Assembly (NCBI RefSeq): GCF_003918875.1
Contig: NW_025767146.1
Span: 1,922,001 to 1,986,000 of the forward strand
DNA from: Haliotis rubra
Taxonomy: Eukaryota
Direction: 5' to 3'
Length of the DNA: 64,000 nt
The notes beneath the pieces were generated by a model. It was not told the origin of the DNA and did not search any database. It was given only the letters and a program-made list of their open reading frames with translations. A program made the position numbers and the translations under genes. Below, in pieces: positions 15,401-29,465 of this stretch. How positions within the stretch are numbered: position 1 is the first letter of the stretch; each line of letters begins with the position of its first letter.

Positions 15401-18400
15401 CTGATACACTGTAAATCACGCAGGTCTTGCCGTGTGTGTGTTGACTGATGAAACCAGTGTCCGTGGCTGACTGATACACTGTAAATCACGCAGGTCTTGC
15501 CGTGTGTGTGTTGACTGATGAAACCAGTGTCCGTGGCTGACTGATACACTGTAAATCACGCAGGTCTTGCAGTGTGTGTGTTGACTGATGAAACCAGTGT
15601 CTGTGGCTGACTGATACACTGTAAATCACGCAGGTCTTGCAGGGTGTGTGTTGACTGATGAAACCAGTGTCCGTGGCTGACTGATACACTGTAAATCACG
15701 CAGGTCTTGCAGGGTGTGTGTTGACTGATGAAACCAGTGTCTGTGGCTGACTGATACACTGTAAATCACGCAGGTCTTGCAGTGTGTGTGTTGACTGATG
15801 AAACCAGTGTCTGTGGCTGACTGATACACTGTAAATCACGCAGGTCTTGCAGTGTGTGTGTTGACTGATGAAACCAGTGTCTGTGGCTGACTGATACACT
15901 GTAAATCACGCAGGTCTTGCAGTGTGTGTTGACTGATGAAACCAGTGTCTGTGGCTGACTGATACACTGTAAATCACGCAGGTCTTGCAGTGTGTGTGTT
16001 GACTGATGAAACCAGTGTCTGTGGCTGACTGATACACTGTGTAAATCACGCAGGTCTTGCAGTGTGTGTGTTGACTGATGAAACCAGTGTCCGTGGCTGA
16101 CTGATACACTGTAAATCACGCAGGTCTTGCAGTGTGTGTGTTGACTGATGAAACCAGTGTCTGTGGCTGACTGATACACAGTAAATCACGCAGGTCTTGC
16201 AGGGTGTGTGTTGACTGATGAAACCAGTGTCCGTGGCTGACTGATACACTGTAAATCACGCAGGTCTTGCAGTGTGTGTGTTGACTGATGAAACCAGTGT
16301 CTGTGGCTGACTGATACACTGTAAATCACGCAGGTCTTGCAGTGTGTGTGTTGACTGATGAAACCAGTGTCTGTGGCTGACTGATACACTGTAAATCACG
16401 CAGGTCTTGCAGTGTGTGTTGACTGATGAAACCAGTGTCTGTGGCTGACTGATACACTGTAAATCACGCAGGTCTTGCAGTGTGTGTTGACTGATGAAAC
16501 CAGTGTCCGTGGCTGACTGATACACTGTAAATCACGCAGGTCTTGCAGTGTGTGTGTTGACTGATGAAACCAGTGTCCGTGGCTGACTGATACACTGTAA
16601 ATCACGCAGGTCTTGCAGTGTGTGTGTTGACTGATGAAACCAGTGTCTGTGGCTGACTGATACACTGTAAATCACGCAGGTCTTGCAGTGTGTGTGTTGA
16701 CTGATGAAACCAGTGTCCGTGGCTGACTGATACACTGTAAATCACGCAGGTCTTGCAGTGTGTGTGTGTTGACTGATGAAACCAGTGTCTGTGGCTGACT
16801 GATACACTGTAAATCACGCAGGTCTTGCAGTGTGTGTGTTGACTGATGAAACCAGTGTCCGTGGCTGACTGATACACTGTAAATCACGCAGGTCTTGCAG
16901 GGTGTGTGTTGACTGATGAAACCAGTGTCTGTGGCTGACTGATACACTGTAAATCACGCAGGTCTTGCAGTGTGTGTGTTGACTGATGAAACCAGTGTCT
17001 GTGGCTGACTGATACCAGTGTCACGCAGTCTTGCAGTGTGTGTGTTGACTGATGAAACCAGTGTCCGTGGCTGACTGATACAGTAAATCACGCAGGTCTT
17101 GCAGGGTGTGTGTTGACTGATGAAACCAGTGTCTGTGGCTGACTGATACACTGTAAATCACGCAGGTCTTGCAGTGTGTGTGTTGACTGATGAAACCAGT
17201 GTCTGTGGCTGACTGATACACTGTAAATCACGCAGGTCTTGCAGTGTGTGTGTTGACTGATGAAACCAGTGTCCGTGGCTGACTGATACACTGTAAATCA
17301 CGCAGGTCTTGCAGTGTGTGTTGACTGATGAAACCAGTGTCCGTGGCTGACTGATACACTGTAAATCACGCAGGTCTTGCAGTGTGTGTGTTGACTGATG
17401 AAACCAGTGTCTGTGGCTGACTGATACACTGTAAATCACGCAGGTCTTGCAGTGTGTGTGTTGACTGATGAAACCAGTGTCTGTGGCTGACTGATACACT
17501 GTAAATCACGCAGGTCTTGCAGTGTGTGTGTGACTGATGAAACCAGTGTCTGTGGCTGACTGATACACTGTAAATCACGCAGGTCTTGCAGTGTGTGTGT
17601 TGACTGATGAAACCAGTGTCTGTGGCTGACTGATACACTGTAAATCACGCAGGTCTTGCAGTGTGTGTGTTGACTGATGAAACCAGTGTCTGTGGCTGAC
17701 TGATACACTGTAAATCACGCAGGTCTTGCAGTGTGTGTGTTGACTGATGAAACCAGTGTCTGTGGCTGACTGATACACTGTAAATCACGCAGGTCTTGCA
17801 GTGTGTGTGTTGACTGATGAAACCAGTGTCTGTGGCTGACTGATACACTGTAAATCACGCAGGTCTTGCAGTGTGTGTGTTGACTGATGAAACCAGTGTC
17901 TGTGGCTGACTGATACACTGTAAATCACGCAGGTCTTGCAGTGTGTGTGTTGACTGATGAAACCAGTGTCTGTGGCTGACTGATACACTGTAAATCACGC
18001 AGGTCTTGCAGTGTGTGTGTTGACTGATGAAACCAGTGTCTGTGGCTGACTGATACACTGTAAATCACGCAGGTCTTGCAGTGTGTGTGTTGACTGATGA
18101 AACCAGTGTCTGTGGCTGACTGATACACTGTAAATCACGCAGGTCTTGCAGTGTGTGTGTTGACTGATGAAACCAGTGTCTGTGGCTGACTGATACACCA
18201 GTGTAAATCACGCAGGTCTTGCAGTGTGTGTGTGTTGACTGATGAAACCAGTGTCTGTGGCTGACTGATACACTGTAAATCACGCAGGTCTTGCAGTGTG
18301 TGTGTGACTGATGAAACCAGTGTCTGTGGCTGACTGATACACTGTAAATCACGCAGGTCTTGCAGTGTGTGTGTTGACTGATGAAACCAGTGTCCGTGGC

Positions 18401-20006
18401 TGACTGATACACTGTAAATCACGCAGGTCTTGCAGTGTGTGTGTGAAACCAGTGACTGATGAAACCAGTGTCTGTGGCTGACTGATACACTGTAAATCAC
18501 GCAGGTCTTGCAGTGTGTGTGTTGACTGATGAAACCAGTGTCTGTGGCTGACTGATACACTGTAAATCACGCAGGTCTTGCAGTGTGTGTGTTGACTGAT
18601 GAAACCAGTGTCTGTGGCTGACTGATACACTGTAAATCACGCAGGTCTTGCAGTGTGTGTGTGTGTGACTGATGAAACCAGTGTCTGTGGCTGACTGATA
18701 CACTGTAAATCACGCAGGTCTTGCAGTGTGTGTGTTGACTGATGAAACCAGTGTCTGTGGCTGACTGATACACTGTAAATCACGCAGGTCTTGCAGTGTG
18801 TGTGTAGACTGATGAAACCAGTGTCCGTGGCTGACTGATACACTGTAAATCACGCAGGTCTTGCAGTGTGTGTGTTGACTGATGAAACCAGTGTCTGTGG
18901 CTGACTGATACACTGTAAATCACGCAGGTCTTGCAGTGTGTGTGTTGACTGATGAAACCAGTGTCTGTGGCTGACTGATACACTGTAAATCACGCAGGTC
19001 TTGCAGTGTGTGTGTTGACTGATGAAACCAGTGTCTGTGGCTGACTGATACACTGTAAATCACGCAGGTCTTGCAGTGTGTGTGTTGACTGATGAAACCA
19101 GTGTCCGTGGCTGACTGATACACTCACGTAAATCACGCAGATACACTGTCTTTGCAGTGTGTGTGTTGACTGATGAAACCAGTGTCTGTGGCTGACTGAT
19201 ACACTGTAAATCACGCAGGTCTTGCAGTGTGTGTGTTGACTGATGAAACCAGTGTCTGTGGCTGACTGATACACTGTAAATCACGCAGGTCTTGCAGTGT
19301 GTGTTGACTGATGAAACCAGTGTCTGTGGCTGACTGATACACTGTAAATCACGCAGGTCTTGCAGTGTGTGTTGACTGATGAAACCAGTGTCCGTGGCTG
19401 ACTGATACACTGTAAATCACGCAGGTCTTGCAGTGTGTGTGTGTTGACTGATGAAACCAGTGTCTGTGGCTGACTGATACACTGTAAATCACGCAGGTCT
19501 TGCAGTGTGTGTGTGACTGATGAAACCAGTGTCTGTGGCTGACTGATACACTGTAAATCACGCAGGTCTTGCAGTGTGTGTGTTGACTGATGAAACCAGT
19601 GTCCGTGGCTGACTGATACACTGTAAATCACGCAGGTCTTGCAGTGTGTGTGTTGACTGATGAAACCAGTGTCTGTGGCTGACTGATACACTGTAAATCA
19701 CGCAGGTCTTGCAGTGTGTGTGTTGACTGATGAAACCAGTGTCTGTGGCTGACTGATACACTGTAAATCACGCGGGTCTTGCAGTGTGTGTGTTGACTGA
19801 TGAAACCAGTGTCTGTGGCTGACTGATACACTGTAAATCACGCAGGTCTTGCAGTGTGTGTGTTGACTGATGAAACCAGTGTCCGTGGCTGACTGATACA
19901 CTGTAAATCACGCAGGTCTTGCAGTGTGTGTGTTGACTGATGAAACCAGTGTCTGTGGCTGACTGATACACTGTAAATCACGCAGGTCTTGCAGTGTGTG
20001 TGTTGA
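6422..20006. repeat. 70-bp satellite array, about 13.6 kb, roughly 190-195 copies
   Basis: Unit GTTGACTGATGAAACCAGTGTCyGTGGCTGACTGATACACTGTAAATCACGCAGGTCTTGCAGTGTGTGT repeats head-to-tail with no unique spacers. The ORF track shows identical 67-aa artefact ORFs every 70 bp. Confidence 0.98.
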
Positions 20007-21921
20007 CCGTGTACAGTGGTAACCCTGCTAGGCGAGGGGATTCCCCGATCCCCTTTAATCAAACGGATTTAAGTCCCAGTGTAATCCTTGTGTTATGTGC
20101 AAACTTCCTCCTTTGTTTTAGTGTTGGGTTAACCCATCACCTGTGTATTCCCGTCTTATTTTTCTTTAACATTATACACGTCCATTAATTAAAGCGCCAT
20201 ATTGGAGCGCCATCTCCGTGATACGGCGTTTGGGTGGAGGTACAGTAACATCGATAAGCAGCAGTGCCGGCTGCTTTATTTTGATTAGAGGTAATATCAC
20301 GCATGCGTTAGCACCGGGTTCACACACTCAGGGAAACAACCAGATTACCCAGCCGTATCACAGATCACGCAACACGACGACGCAGGAGTATCGGAAGGAA
20401 GACACCGCATAAAATCCTATCTTATCTGTTGATACCATACCAACTGGGTTTCGGTCCATTCACCTCAACGTTGAATTACGTCGAACACTGTTGAGGAAAT
20501 TTTCAGTTTAAAATGAAAACAGAATGGAAAACAATATATTTACACAGAAGTTAATCGGAAAAACGAAATTCATCTTCATATTGATGATCTTTCACTTGGA
20601 GAGCATTCATGTGTGCGTGTGTGTACGAGCTCTGGGGATCCAACTGTATCCAACAAACTATGCGCTTACCGTGCACTATCAAGCCGTCTATTCATTCTCA
20701 CTATTAACACACGTTTTTCATTTCAAAACAATTTGTTTTCCAACGCTGCCAAGAAAATATTCACACGTGTGTATGTGTGCGTACGCGTGTGTGTGTGTAA
20801 GACGAGTTCAGATATTTCTTCTTGTCAAATCTCCTTAATATGTGTATATTGTGCAGATATAAAGGAGATTGTGCCTGGGCACATTAGAACAAATGTCTAA
20901 ATCACGACTATGATGCCGTATGAAACGAACGAATAACCATTTTTTGTTTCATTTCTAACCGTCAAACGTAGGTTTCCTTTGTACGTCATATCATGTATAT
21001 CTCTTGTGGTTCCCTCCTGCTATATGACACTTCTAGTAATAGAACAAACTACTAAACTGGACATACCTGTTGACCTGAAAGGGTTCTGGCCAAGGGTTTT
21101 TTTCACAAATAAACACTGTAACCACAAACTCGCGTGTGTTTTGTCATCCTGTTTGCAGCAGCAATCACGCCTGGTAGAGTTTGTATAATTTTACGAGAGC
21201 TTCACTTGACTGCATGTCCGAAGCGCCTGTCATTGGTTGGTGTCAATCCCGTGGCTTGGTGAAAGGAGTGTGTGCGTTGATGTTGACACACAATAAACAT
21301 ATTCGTGTTACGTTTTGTTAAGTGACTAACATTGAGCAAGGCCGTTCTTTAAGCTAGTATACCCTATCATTTACAAAGTGCTGATATAAATGTTAATCCA
21401 TGGCGCGTCCTAATTTTGGAGGCGCCGTGAACATTATTAAAAACAGGGTTGAAGACAGGGTTGTATATTTATATACTTTACCAGATCAAGTTTACTTAAA
21501 ATCTAGTCATGATCTGCCAGGTGAAAGTGAAAAAACCCCAACACTTTTCGAATAAGCCACATAAGCTGGTGTATTTCATTATAACTTTAATGATAAATAT
21601 TTTATCAGAATTAACCAATTTTACAAACTGATAATCTTTAGTGTCCTTTTTTTCAATGTAAAAATGGTATCTTAATGAACAAACTGACAGCCAATTTGTA
21701 AATTTTAAATGGATAACTTGAGTATGACAGATCTGTAAATCGTCACCATGGTAAATATAGAATTATAACATGCCCTGAAGGGAACAAAGTTCTGCTCTGT
21801 CTGCGGTCACCCACGGAATGTCAGGTGATGTGCAACGATTTTACCGTTACAGTTACTGGACCTTCACGGACTTCATATGTGCAGTGTGCTCTTGTATATG
21901 ACCATATTCCACTTGAGATAA

Positions 21922-22200
21922 ACCGCCTCCGTGGTGTAGTGGTTAGAGCGTTCGCCCGGAGAGCGGAAGGTCGCGGGTTCGATCCCCAGCCGCGTCATAC
22001 CAAAAGACTAAAATGCCGGGCGCTCGGCATTAATGGGTGCAACAAGGACTGGTCTGCTCAGAGTCAGTATAATGTGTCTGAGTGGGGTATTCATGCCTAA
22101 CTGTGGCAAGGTAGCTCAGTGAGCTAGCAATATAAAACCAGCTTAAGTCTAGGCTAGTACAAGCAGCCGCACATACACATACACACGCATGCATGTCGTC
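21922..22200 (+). mobile_element. tRNA-derived SINE
   Basis: Pol III A box (TGGTGTAGTGG) and B box (GGTTCGATCCC) in a tRNA-like head, followed by a non-tRNA body and an ACAT/AC simple-repeat tail. No complete acceptor stem. Confidence 0.75.
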
Positions 22201-22267
22201 ATATGAGCGAAATATTCTTACGTGCCATGTTAAACCCTATTTCACCTCACCTCTACCTCCACTTGCG

Positions 22268-22710
22268 CATTTGTTTTACAACGTATTCCGGAAGAGATAT
22301 CTGTCGTGTGCGTTTGTTTTACAACGTATTCCGGAAGAGATATCTGTCATGTGCGTTTGTTTTACAACGTATTCCGGAAGAGATATCTGTCATGTGCGTT
22401 TGTTTTACAACGTATTCCGGAAGAGATATCTGTCGTGTGCGTTTGTTTTACAACGTATTCCGGAAGAGATATATCTGTCGTGCGTTTGTTTTACAACGTA
22501 TTCCGGAAGAGATATCTGTCGTGTGCGTTTGTTTTACAACGTATTCCGGAAGAAATATCTGTCGTGTGCGTTTGTTTTACAACGTATTCCGGAAGAGATA
22601 TCTGTCATGTGCGTTTGTTTTACAACGTATTCCGGAAGAGATATCTGTCGTGTGCGTTTGTTTTACAACGTATTCCGGAAGAGATATCTGTCATGTGCGT
22701 TTGTTTTACA
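22268..22710. repeat. 43-bp minisatellite (TTGTTTTACAACGTATTCCGGAAGAGATATCTGTCrTGTGCGT), about 10 copies
   Basis: Direct tandem periodicity of 43 bp (22271, 22314...). Confidence 0.93.
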
Positions 22711-23631
22711 AGGTATTCCAGGTTAGATATGTATGTTGTGCACCTTGATTAGTGTATATTCCAGGTGAGATATGTGCCGTGTGCGTTTGTTTTACAAGGT
22801 ATTCCAGGTGAGATATGTATGTTGTGCACCTTGATTAGTGTATGTTCCAGGTGAAATATGTGCCGTGTGCGTTTGTTTTACAAGGTATTCCAGGTGAGAT
22901 ATGTATGTTGTGCACCTTGATTAGTGTTTATTCCAGGTGAGATATGTGCCGTGTGCGTTTGTTTTACAAGGTATTCCAGGTGAGATATGTATGTTGTGCA
23001 CCTTGATTAGTGTTTATTCCAGGTGAGATATGTGCCGTGTGCGTTTGTTTTACAACGGTATTCCAGGTGAGATATGTATGTTGTGCACCTTGATTAGTGT
23101 ATATTCCAGGTGAGATATGTGCCGTGTGCGTTTGTTTTACAAACGTATTCCAGGTGAGATATGTATGTTGTGCACCTTGATTAGTGTATATTCCAGGTGA
23201 GATATGTGCCGTGTGCGTTTGTTTTACAAGGTATTCCAGGTGAGATATGTATGTTGTGCACCTTGATTAGTGTTTATTCCAGGTGAGATATGTGCCGTGT
23301 GCGTTTGTTTTACAAGGTATTCCAGGTGAGATATGTATGTTGTGCACCTTGATTAGTGTATATTCCAGGTGAGATATGTGCCGTGTGCGTTTGTTTTACA
23401 AGGTATTCCAGGTGAGATATGTATGTTGTGCACCTTGATTAGTGTATATTCCAGGTGAGATATGTGCCGTGTGCGTTTGTTTTACAAGGTATTCCAGGTG
23501 AGATATGTATGTTGTGCACCTTGATTAGTGTATGTTCCAGGTGAGATATGTGCCGTGTGCGTTTGTTTTACAAGGTATTCCAGGTGAGATATGTATGTTG
23601 TGCACCTTGATTAGTGTATATTCCAGGTGAG
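22701..23631. repeat. 85-bp minisatellite made of two diverged ~43-bp subunits, about 11 copies
   Basis: Period 85 (22701, 22786...). TATTCCAGGTGAGATATGT occurs twice per unit, and the unit shares GTGTGCGTTTGTTTTACAA with the adjacent 43-mer. Confidence 0.92.
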
Positions 23632-26600
23632 GCAAGGAAGTGGTCCTCTGTCTTTGTGACTGTTTGTATTGCTGTGAAGCAAGGACTGAGAACAAACAAC
23701 ATAACCGGACTGGAAGTTTATTCCTTTATAATAGTCAATATTATTTCAAACATTTATTCAATCAATAAATTATTTTCGTAAACATAGCAACAAATTCCAT
23801 CAAACTTGTAAGAATATCATCTAATAGGGCGAACCAGTACACTCTGAATTCAGACAAAAACAACTACTGGAGATCGATAGTCACCTGGTTCCCACCTGTC
23901 GCAGAGTAGCCGAATTCTCTGAAAGTCCTAACTAGCATGTCCTTGTTTGAAGCTGAACTGCCTTAATCCTGCCATATTTGATACACAGTTTAAAGGTGAT
24001 ATCCTCATGTCGTATATAAGTGTTATTTCATATAACATAACACTTGTATAAGTCTGCTGTAGGTGTTATAACGTCATTACCTGAACGTCTGTTTATGTCA
24101 TCTCTGTTGTGCATATGCATCTCATTTATTGTTTTTATGCGTATTTTATCACATATTATTATAAGGAATCCCTTCTTGGTAATAAAGTTGCATCACAGAA
24201 CTGTAGGCCTGTACTCACGTACAGCTACAAAAGTCAACAAATGTGCTGAACTTGTACTTGTTATTACGTCATAGATGAGTATAGGGATACCTTATGTGTT
24301 ATAAATATACTCTTATACATGTTGTATCGTCATTCATTGGTCCTGGAATGCGAGGCTTGTTATAACATACATGGGGACATGGTTTCATGCTTGGGTTCAT
24401 GTCTTCGTCACGTGGGTTACTAGAACTAGGCCAGCAAAATCTGTGGGCTGTTGTACATAGGCATAAAGGAACGTTTCACAATCAGTTATAATGATAGTTC
24501 CGGTTCTAGCAGCCATATATAGTGTGGCTGACATTGTGGAGGGAACCAGGCGAGTGGCGTCGCCAGCAGGGGAGGAGTCAACACACTCTGCACAAGACTG
24601 CCCTCCTTACGTAACTGGGTGTAGACAACTATAAGGTTATGGGAACGCTATCAAAATTTGCATATTGTTTCTTGAAAACAGTTAATGACGTTGACATTTA
24701 GTGTATTGCATCAGAAACGTTAAGTGGAGTTACAACAGCAGCTGCTGATGACCATACACAAGCAACGTAAACCACTGCACACCACCTGAAAGGAAACAAG
24801 AATGCCGCATGGCTAGTCTTCAACCAAAGCCAATAGTGCGATATGTATACCCTGTACCACCCTTACTCCTTACCATCCACCCCTTGCTGTGTGATCCAGT
24901 ATCCTGGACCACCTTAACATCTTCCCACCCAACTCCATCCTATATGATATAACATCCTTTATCACTGTAACAATGGGTGACATAGTCCATAGATACTTGA
25001 TTTCGCAGACTTTACTCGGAGCGCGTACAGAGATGGGGGGGAATTCTAATAAGCGTCGCACTGGATTAGATGAACAGGCATAGATGAGAGTGACTGGCAC
25101 AGATGGAACGGGGGACAATCGGACTGAGACGGTGTGCGTGTGAGGTGTGGGTGGGTGTGGGGTGTTGATCAATTAGAGAGAGAGGGGGGGGAGGGGGGTT
25201 AGCGATAGTTGTTAGGTGAGATGGAAAGGGGTGAGTTGGAGAAGCTGAGAAAGTACATGTAGTAGGAGCAGCTGGCATTTTTGGTGAGGTGTGTTGTGAT
25301 TAAAGAAATTTGGATGTAAACAAACGCAAACAGTAGCAGAGCGTTCTCCCCAGTGCCGTCACAGAAGGATGTGTCGTGGGTACTGGTCGACGAGGTATTA
25401 GAGTATAATACCGGGCAAACACATTATCAACCATAGTCGCAATGTCTAGATTTACAACACAAAATATTTTAAAAAGCACAAGAATGATGACAAATGAATC
25501 GGTCACAATATGATTTGAAGCACATATCTACTCTATTACAACACGGCTAACCCCGCTCACTCAGCTGCATCATCACATCAGAAGGCATTGTCATAGAAAG
25601 AAGGACATCTTCTGGATTAAAAAGTGCCAAGGGGAGACAACCCTCATGTCTTTTGCACTAACCATAGAATTTCAAGGACCTTTATTTATTAAGTGCATAT
25701 TTGTGACAGCCAGGCAGTTAGGTGTGTATAAATACATATGCCATTCAGAGTTGTAGAGATGGGTACCTGTATTAGAATCATTGGTAACTAGCATATTGTA
25801 TACATCCAACTTCCGGTGACTGGCGGACGGCGGCCGAGGTTATACACCATTGCTAACATTTCCGGCTCTTCTGAAAGACATTTACGATAACAATCATTGT
25901 AACTACAAACAGAAATAAACTAGATCTACTTGATGCAGACGGATGTGTGTTCTCAACGCTGGTAATTAACCAGGGTTTTGAAAGCATCTAACAGAGTTCT
26001 ATGTGACAAATCTTCAACCCCAGCAAGTTTGTTCCAAGACGTTCAAGACGGTGGGTGTCTGGAAGCTACAGGTCTATTGGTTAATGGTGACATGAACTAA
26101 CCACTAACAATGTTGGAGAATCACGCATGGCAATCATTACATTTACATCTCTTTAGAAGATCACGTCCGGTGAACCCTGAACAAAATTCATCACCAAAAT
26201 GAATGATGGTGTTCTCGAGCCCATCAGATGTCAGCTACCCAAACCAATCCGGTTTTATTTCTTTACACCTCGATTTGGAAGTTTCGACACTAGCAAAAGT
26301 AACCGCAACAAAATACAAACATACACTGGAAAGGCATGAGTGTATATACCATGGCGCTCAGAAACGACAGAATGTATAAATATCTACAACACAATGGCGC
26401 AGATTTACTTTTGCGCATTCGGAACTCCCCGACTGTCATCATTTTCGATATAAAGAAATGCTTGTCAAAACTATTCACCCACTCGTATTAATAATATAGA
26501 AGCCTCGATATTGATTGGTTGATTAGAAAGTTCACCTGACGTGACCTCCGCCCCACCCTACCCAATCAGCCATATTGCAACGACTTCACAACCCTTCAGT

Positions 26601-28479
26601 ATCACGCTTCCGCATTCAATACATTCGCATCTGGCTGCATCAAGGTATACGGTGCTATATGCATGTACACAGGTGTAGCTCTACTCACACTTCGTAATAT
26701 AGCTCTTGAATTAGCTCAGATATAATGACGTACTCTCGAGTGATGCGTGTGGCTACAAACAGTTCATGATAATGACTGTACACACTATATACACACACTC
26801 TTGGCGTATATGGCTCAGTCTAAAGTTGGTGTATATAGCTATACTGACAGTTGATGTATTGGTTGTCTTCGCGTTTGGTGTATATAGTTATACACACAAT
26901 ATATGGCTATACACACACTTGGTTATATGGCTATATACACCGTGGGTGTATATGACTATGTTCCCAGCTGGTCTATGTAGCAATACCTTTGCCGGTGTAC
27001 ATGAATATACACATACTTTATATAACTGTCTGTACAGAGGAGAGGGGAAGTCTTTATAGCAGAGGCACGATGCTCGCTGAGCACCTCTCTCAGACTGGTA
27101 TTGGTACTTGCCATGACTTTAGCTGATGAAAGAACAACGTGATGATAACTACATACTTGTGTTTGGAATTAATTAATCTAATCGGTGCTATTGCAAGCTG
27201 TGTATTGCCAAACTTTATTGTGGAGCCACCCTGGCATATGTAATGGTTAGAACTCACCCGCGGGTGCAAATCTGTTAGTTTTATTTCTGAAAGGGCTAGA
27301 GTTTGTATTGAACACAATGCAAGTTAAAGACTTTTTGTGGCTATATTCAAATCCGCAATTCGTCAAAATAACCACTTAACCACACACAAACAAAAAGGTG
27401 TTGTCTACCTATCTTTTTACACATTGGTATTGTATATCCATGGAGCCGGGGGTGGGAACCTAGAGGAAGATGGCATGAGAAGAAACATGCTGAGATTCTC
27501 AAAACGAGGCTATTATCTAACGTAATTGAAAGCCACGGTAAGCTAACATTGGCCCTCCCTGAATTAGGGATCGCAATGTTAAAACACTGGAAAGTTTAAA
27601 ACACACCTGTGTTGCTGAGGGTCGAACACAACGGACCACACCTGAATGCTAAAGGTTAACACACGTAACAAATACACATACAGCAAACAGCAAAGCTGAA
27701 ATAAAGCTTCGTTCATTATCATATCATACAACGCAGATTACTGTTAGTCAAAGAAAGGGTAGCTATATGAGTGGAAGGTCACGATGGGCTCTCAGAACAG
27801 CTTCAGTTACATGCACATTGACATCTCACGAAGTAACTAGAAAGAAAAAAATAAATCATATTGGTGCCGTCAGCATGTATATATATCCGTGGTCGTGGTC
27901 GACTGCACGGTACAGTATAATATCCCTGCCATTCTCAATAACAACGCAGCTCAAGGAATCCACCACCACAACGTCCGGACACATTCGTTGAAGGTCAAGG
28001 CCGATAATGTGTGTAGCGAAACCTAGCAGGAGCTGCTGGCGACAGGGGATGCCGAGAATTCACTACTAAAGCTGTCCCCTGTAAATACATTGTTAACTTT
28101 TATATTGTGGCCACACGGACACCTTGACCACATGTGCTCCCATTGGGAAACTATGACGTCATGTACTCGCGCAGGAACAATATGACGTCATGTGCCCACT
28201 CTGGACATCGTGACGAGTGACGACATGTGCCCGGGGATGTGTAGTGCCCGCACTACAGAACTCAACATCTTGGCGCCCTTAATCTCACGACAGCATAAAT
28301 ATCGACATGTTGCTTGTGTGCCTGGAGTAACTAGGTACTTCAGAAAGAGTCCTATACACCCGGTAGCAATACCCAGGGGAAGGCGAGGTGACCGAGTGAC
28401 CGTGAGTGCCCCTCGGTATCACACATCGCCTTCTAGTACACCTCCACATCAGGAACACGATGTCCACCTCGTCTCACTG

Positions 28480-28913
28480 TCAGACCTTGGTGTCGTCCTC
28501 CTCAGGACCCGACCTCTTCCTGGAAGCACGATTGGACGACACAGCGTTAGTCTGACCATGAGCGTTAGGAATGGCGTTTGACTGGGGCCTCGGTGCTGGC
28601 TTTAGGCACTGAGCCAAGTTGACAATTTCGCCCTGAATGTTGGCCAAAGCCTGCACCACATTGCACAAAGCCTTTTGGTTCTCCGTCATCAACTTGCGTA
28701 TGAACTCTACATCGTCCTGGAGACGGTTGTTCTCCTTGCTGTTCGCCTGTAGGTGCTGGAGCCGCACATCAAGGAGCTTCTGTGACCTCTGGATAGCGTC
28801 CAGCTGGGGGATAGCCAGGGTCGTTGTTGTCATGGGAACGTTGGCCATGGACGTTCGCCGGTTGTGATGGCTCCTGTTACTGCTCTTCCTCTTTGACACG
28901 GCGGTGGCCCGAC
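28480..28913 (-). CDS. TRPC: TRPC channel terminal coding exon (RATAVSKRKSS...coiled coil LQHLQANSKENNRLQDDVEFIRKLMTENQKAL...EEDDTKV*)
   Basis: Part of the 176-aa ORF 28480..29010 with a heptad-like coiled coil. Acceptor ctgttgcag at 28914-28915 is phase 1, matching the upstream exon. An in-frame alternative acceptor at 29016-29017 is also possible. Ends in T-K-V, a class I PDZ-binding-like motif. Confidence 0.72.
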
Positions 28914-29303
28914 CTGCAACAGTGACGGCAGTTACTACTTTACTAGTTTCCGGACACGAACGACACTGTCGTTGGTGGCTACTATATTGAACGCGGACGA
29001 CACTGCTCACGATGACTATTTATACAACCAATAGACTGTTCACGGTAACTATCTTATTAACATAAACGACACAGTCGATCGACGGTGACTGCTTGACCGA
29101 AGGTGTATGCCAATGTTGTATAGGACCACATGTACATGTTAAGAACAGGCTGTGGAGCCCTACACATGAAGGAACCTCATTTCTAAAGGCGGTGATAATA
29201 GCTGGAAGCCGAAGACTGGTTAGGATAATATCAAATAGACGGTACGTCACTGAGTGTCTGCATACTGTGAAGTAGCGGCGTCCACGCCAGATAGAACTCT
29301 CAC

Positions 29304-29465
29304 CGTCAGATTTAGAGTTATCCTCCCCTTCCTCCTCGGGTATAGGGGGCGTGGCGAAGGGTATCCGGCTAGGCGTATCGGTCGGTATTGGCGGCGGGGG
29401 CACTTCTGGGGCTTCTATGAACTCCACCTCCTCCGCTCGTATGTTACCCATGTCTTTTAGTGCTG
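29304..29465 (-). CDS. TRPC: TRPC C-terminal Pro-rich exon (AALKDMGNIRAEEVEFIEAPEVPPPPIPTD...EDNSKSD)
   Basis: Acceptor ttaaccag (tandem CAG CAG), donor G|GTGAGA. 162 nt, phase 1-1, in frame with its neighbours. Confidence 0.75.

Noticed and set aside
6422-20006. CRISPR array or a family of 67-aa peptide genes (MYQSATDTGF...)
   Set aside because: There are no unique spacers and no cas genes, and the context is eukaryotic. The ORFs begin at GTG, recur every 70 bp and are satellite artefacts.
21922-21995. Functional tRNA gene
   Set aside because: A and B boxes are present, but there is no proper acceptor stem and the sequence continues into a SINE-like body.
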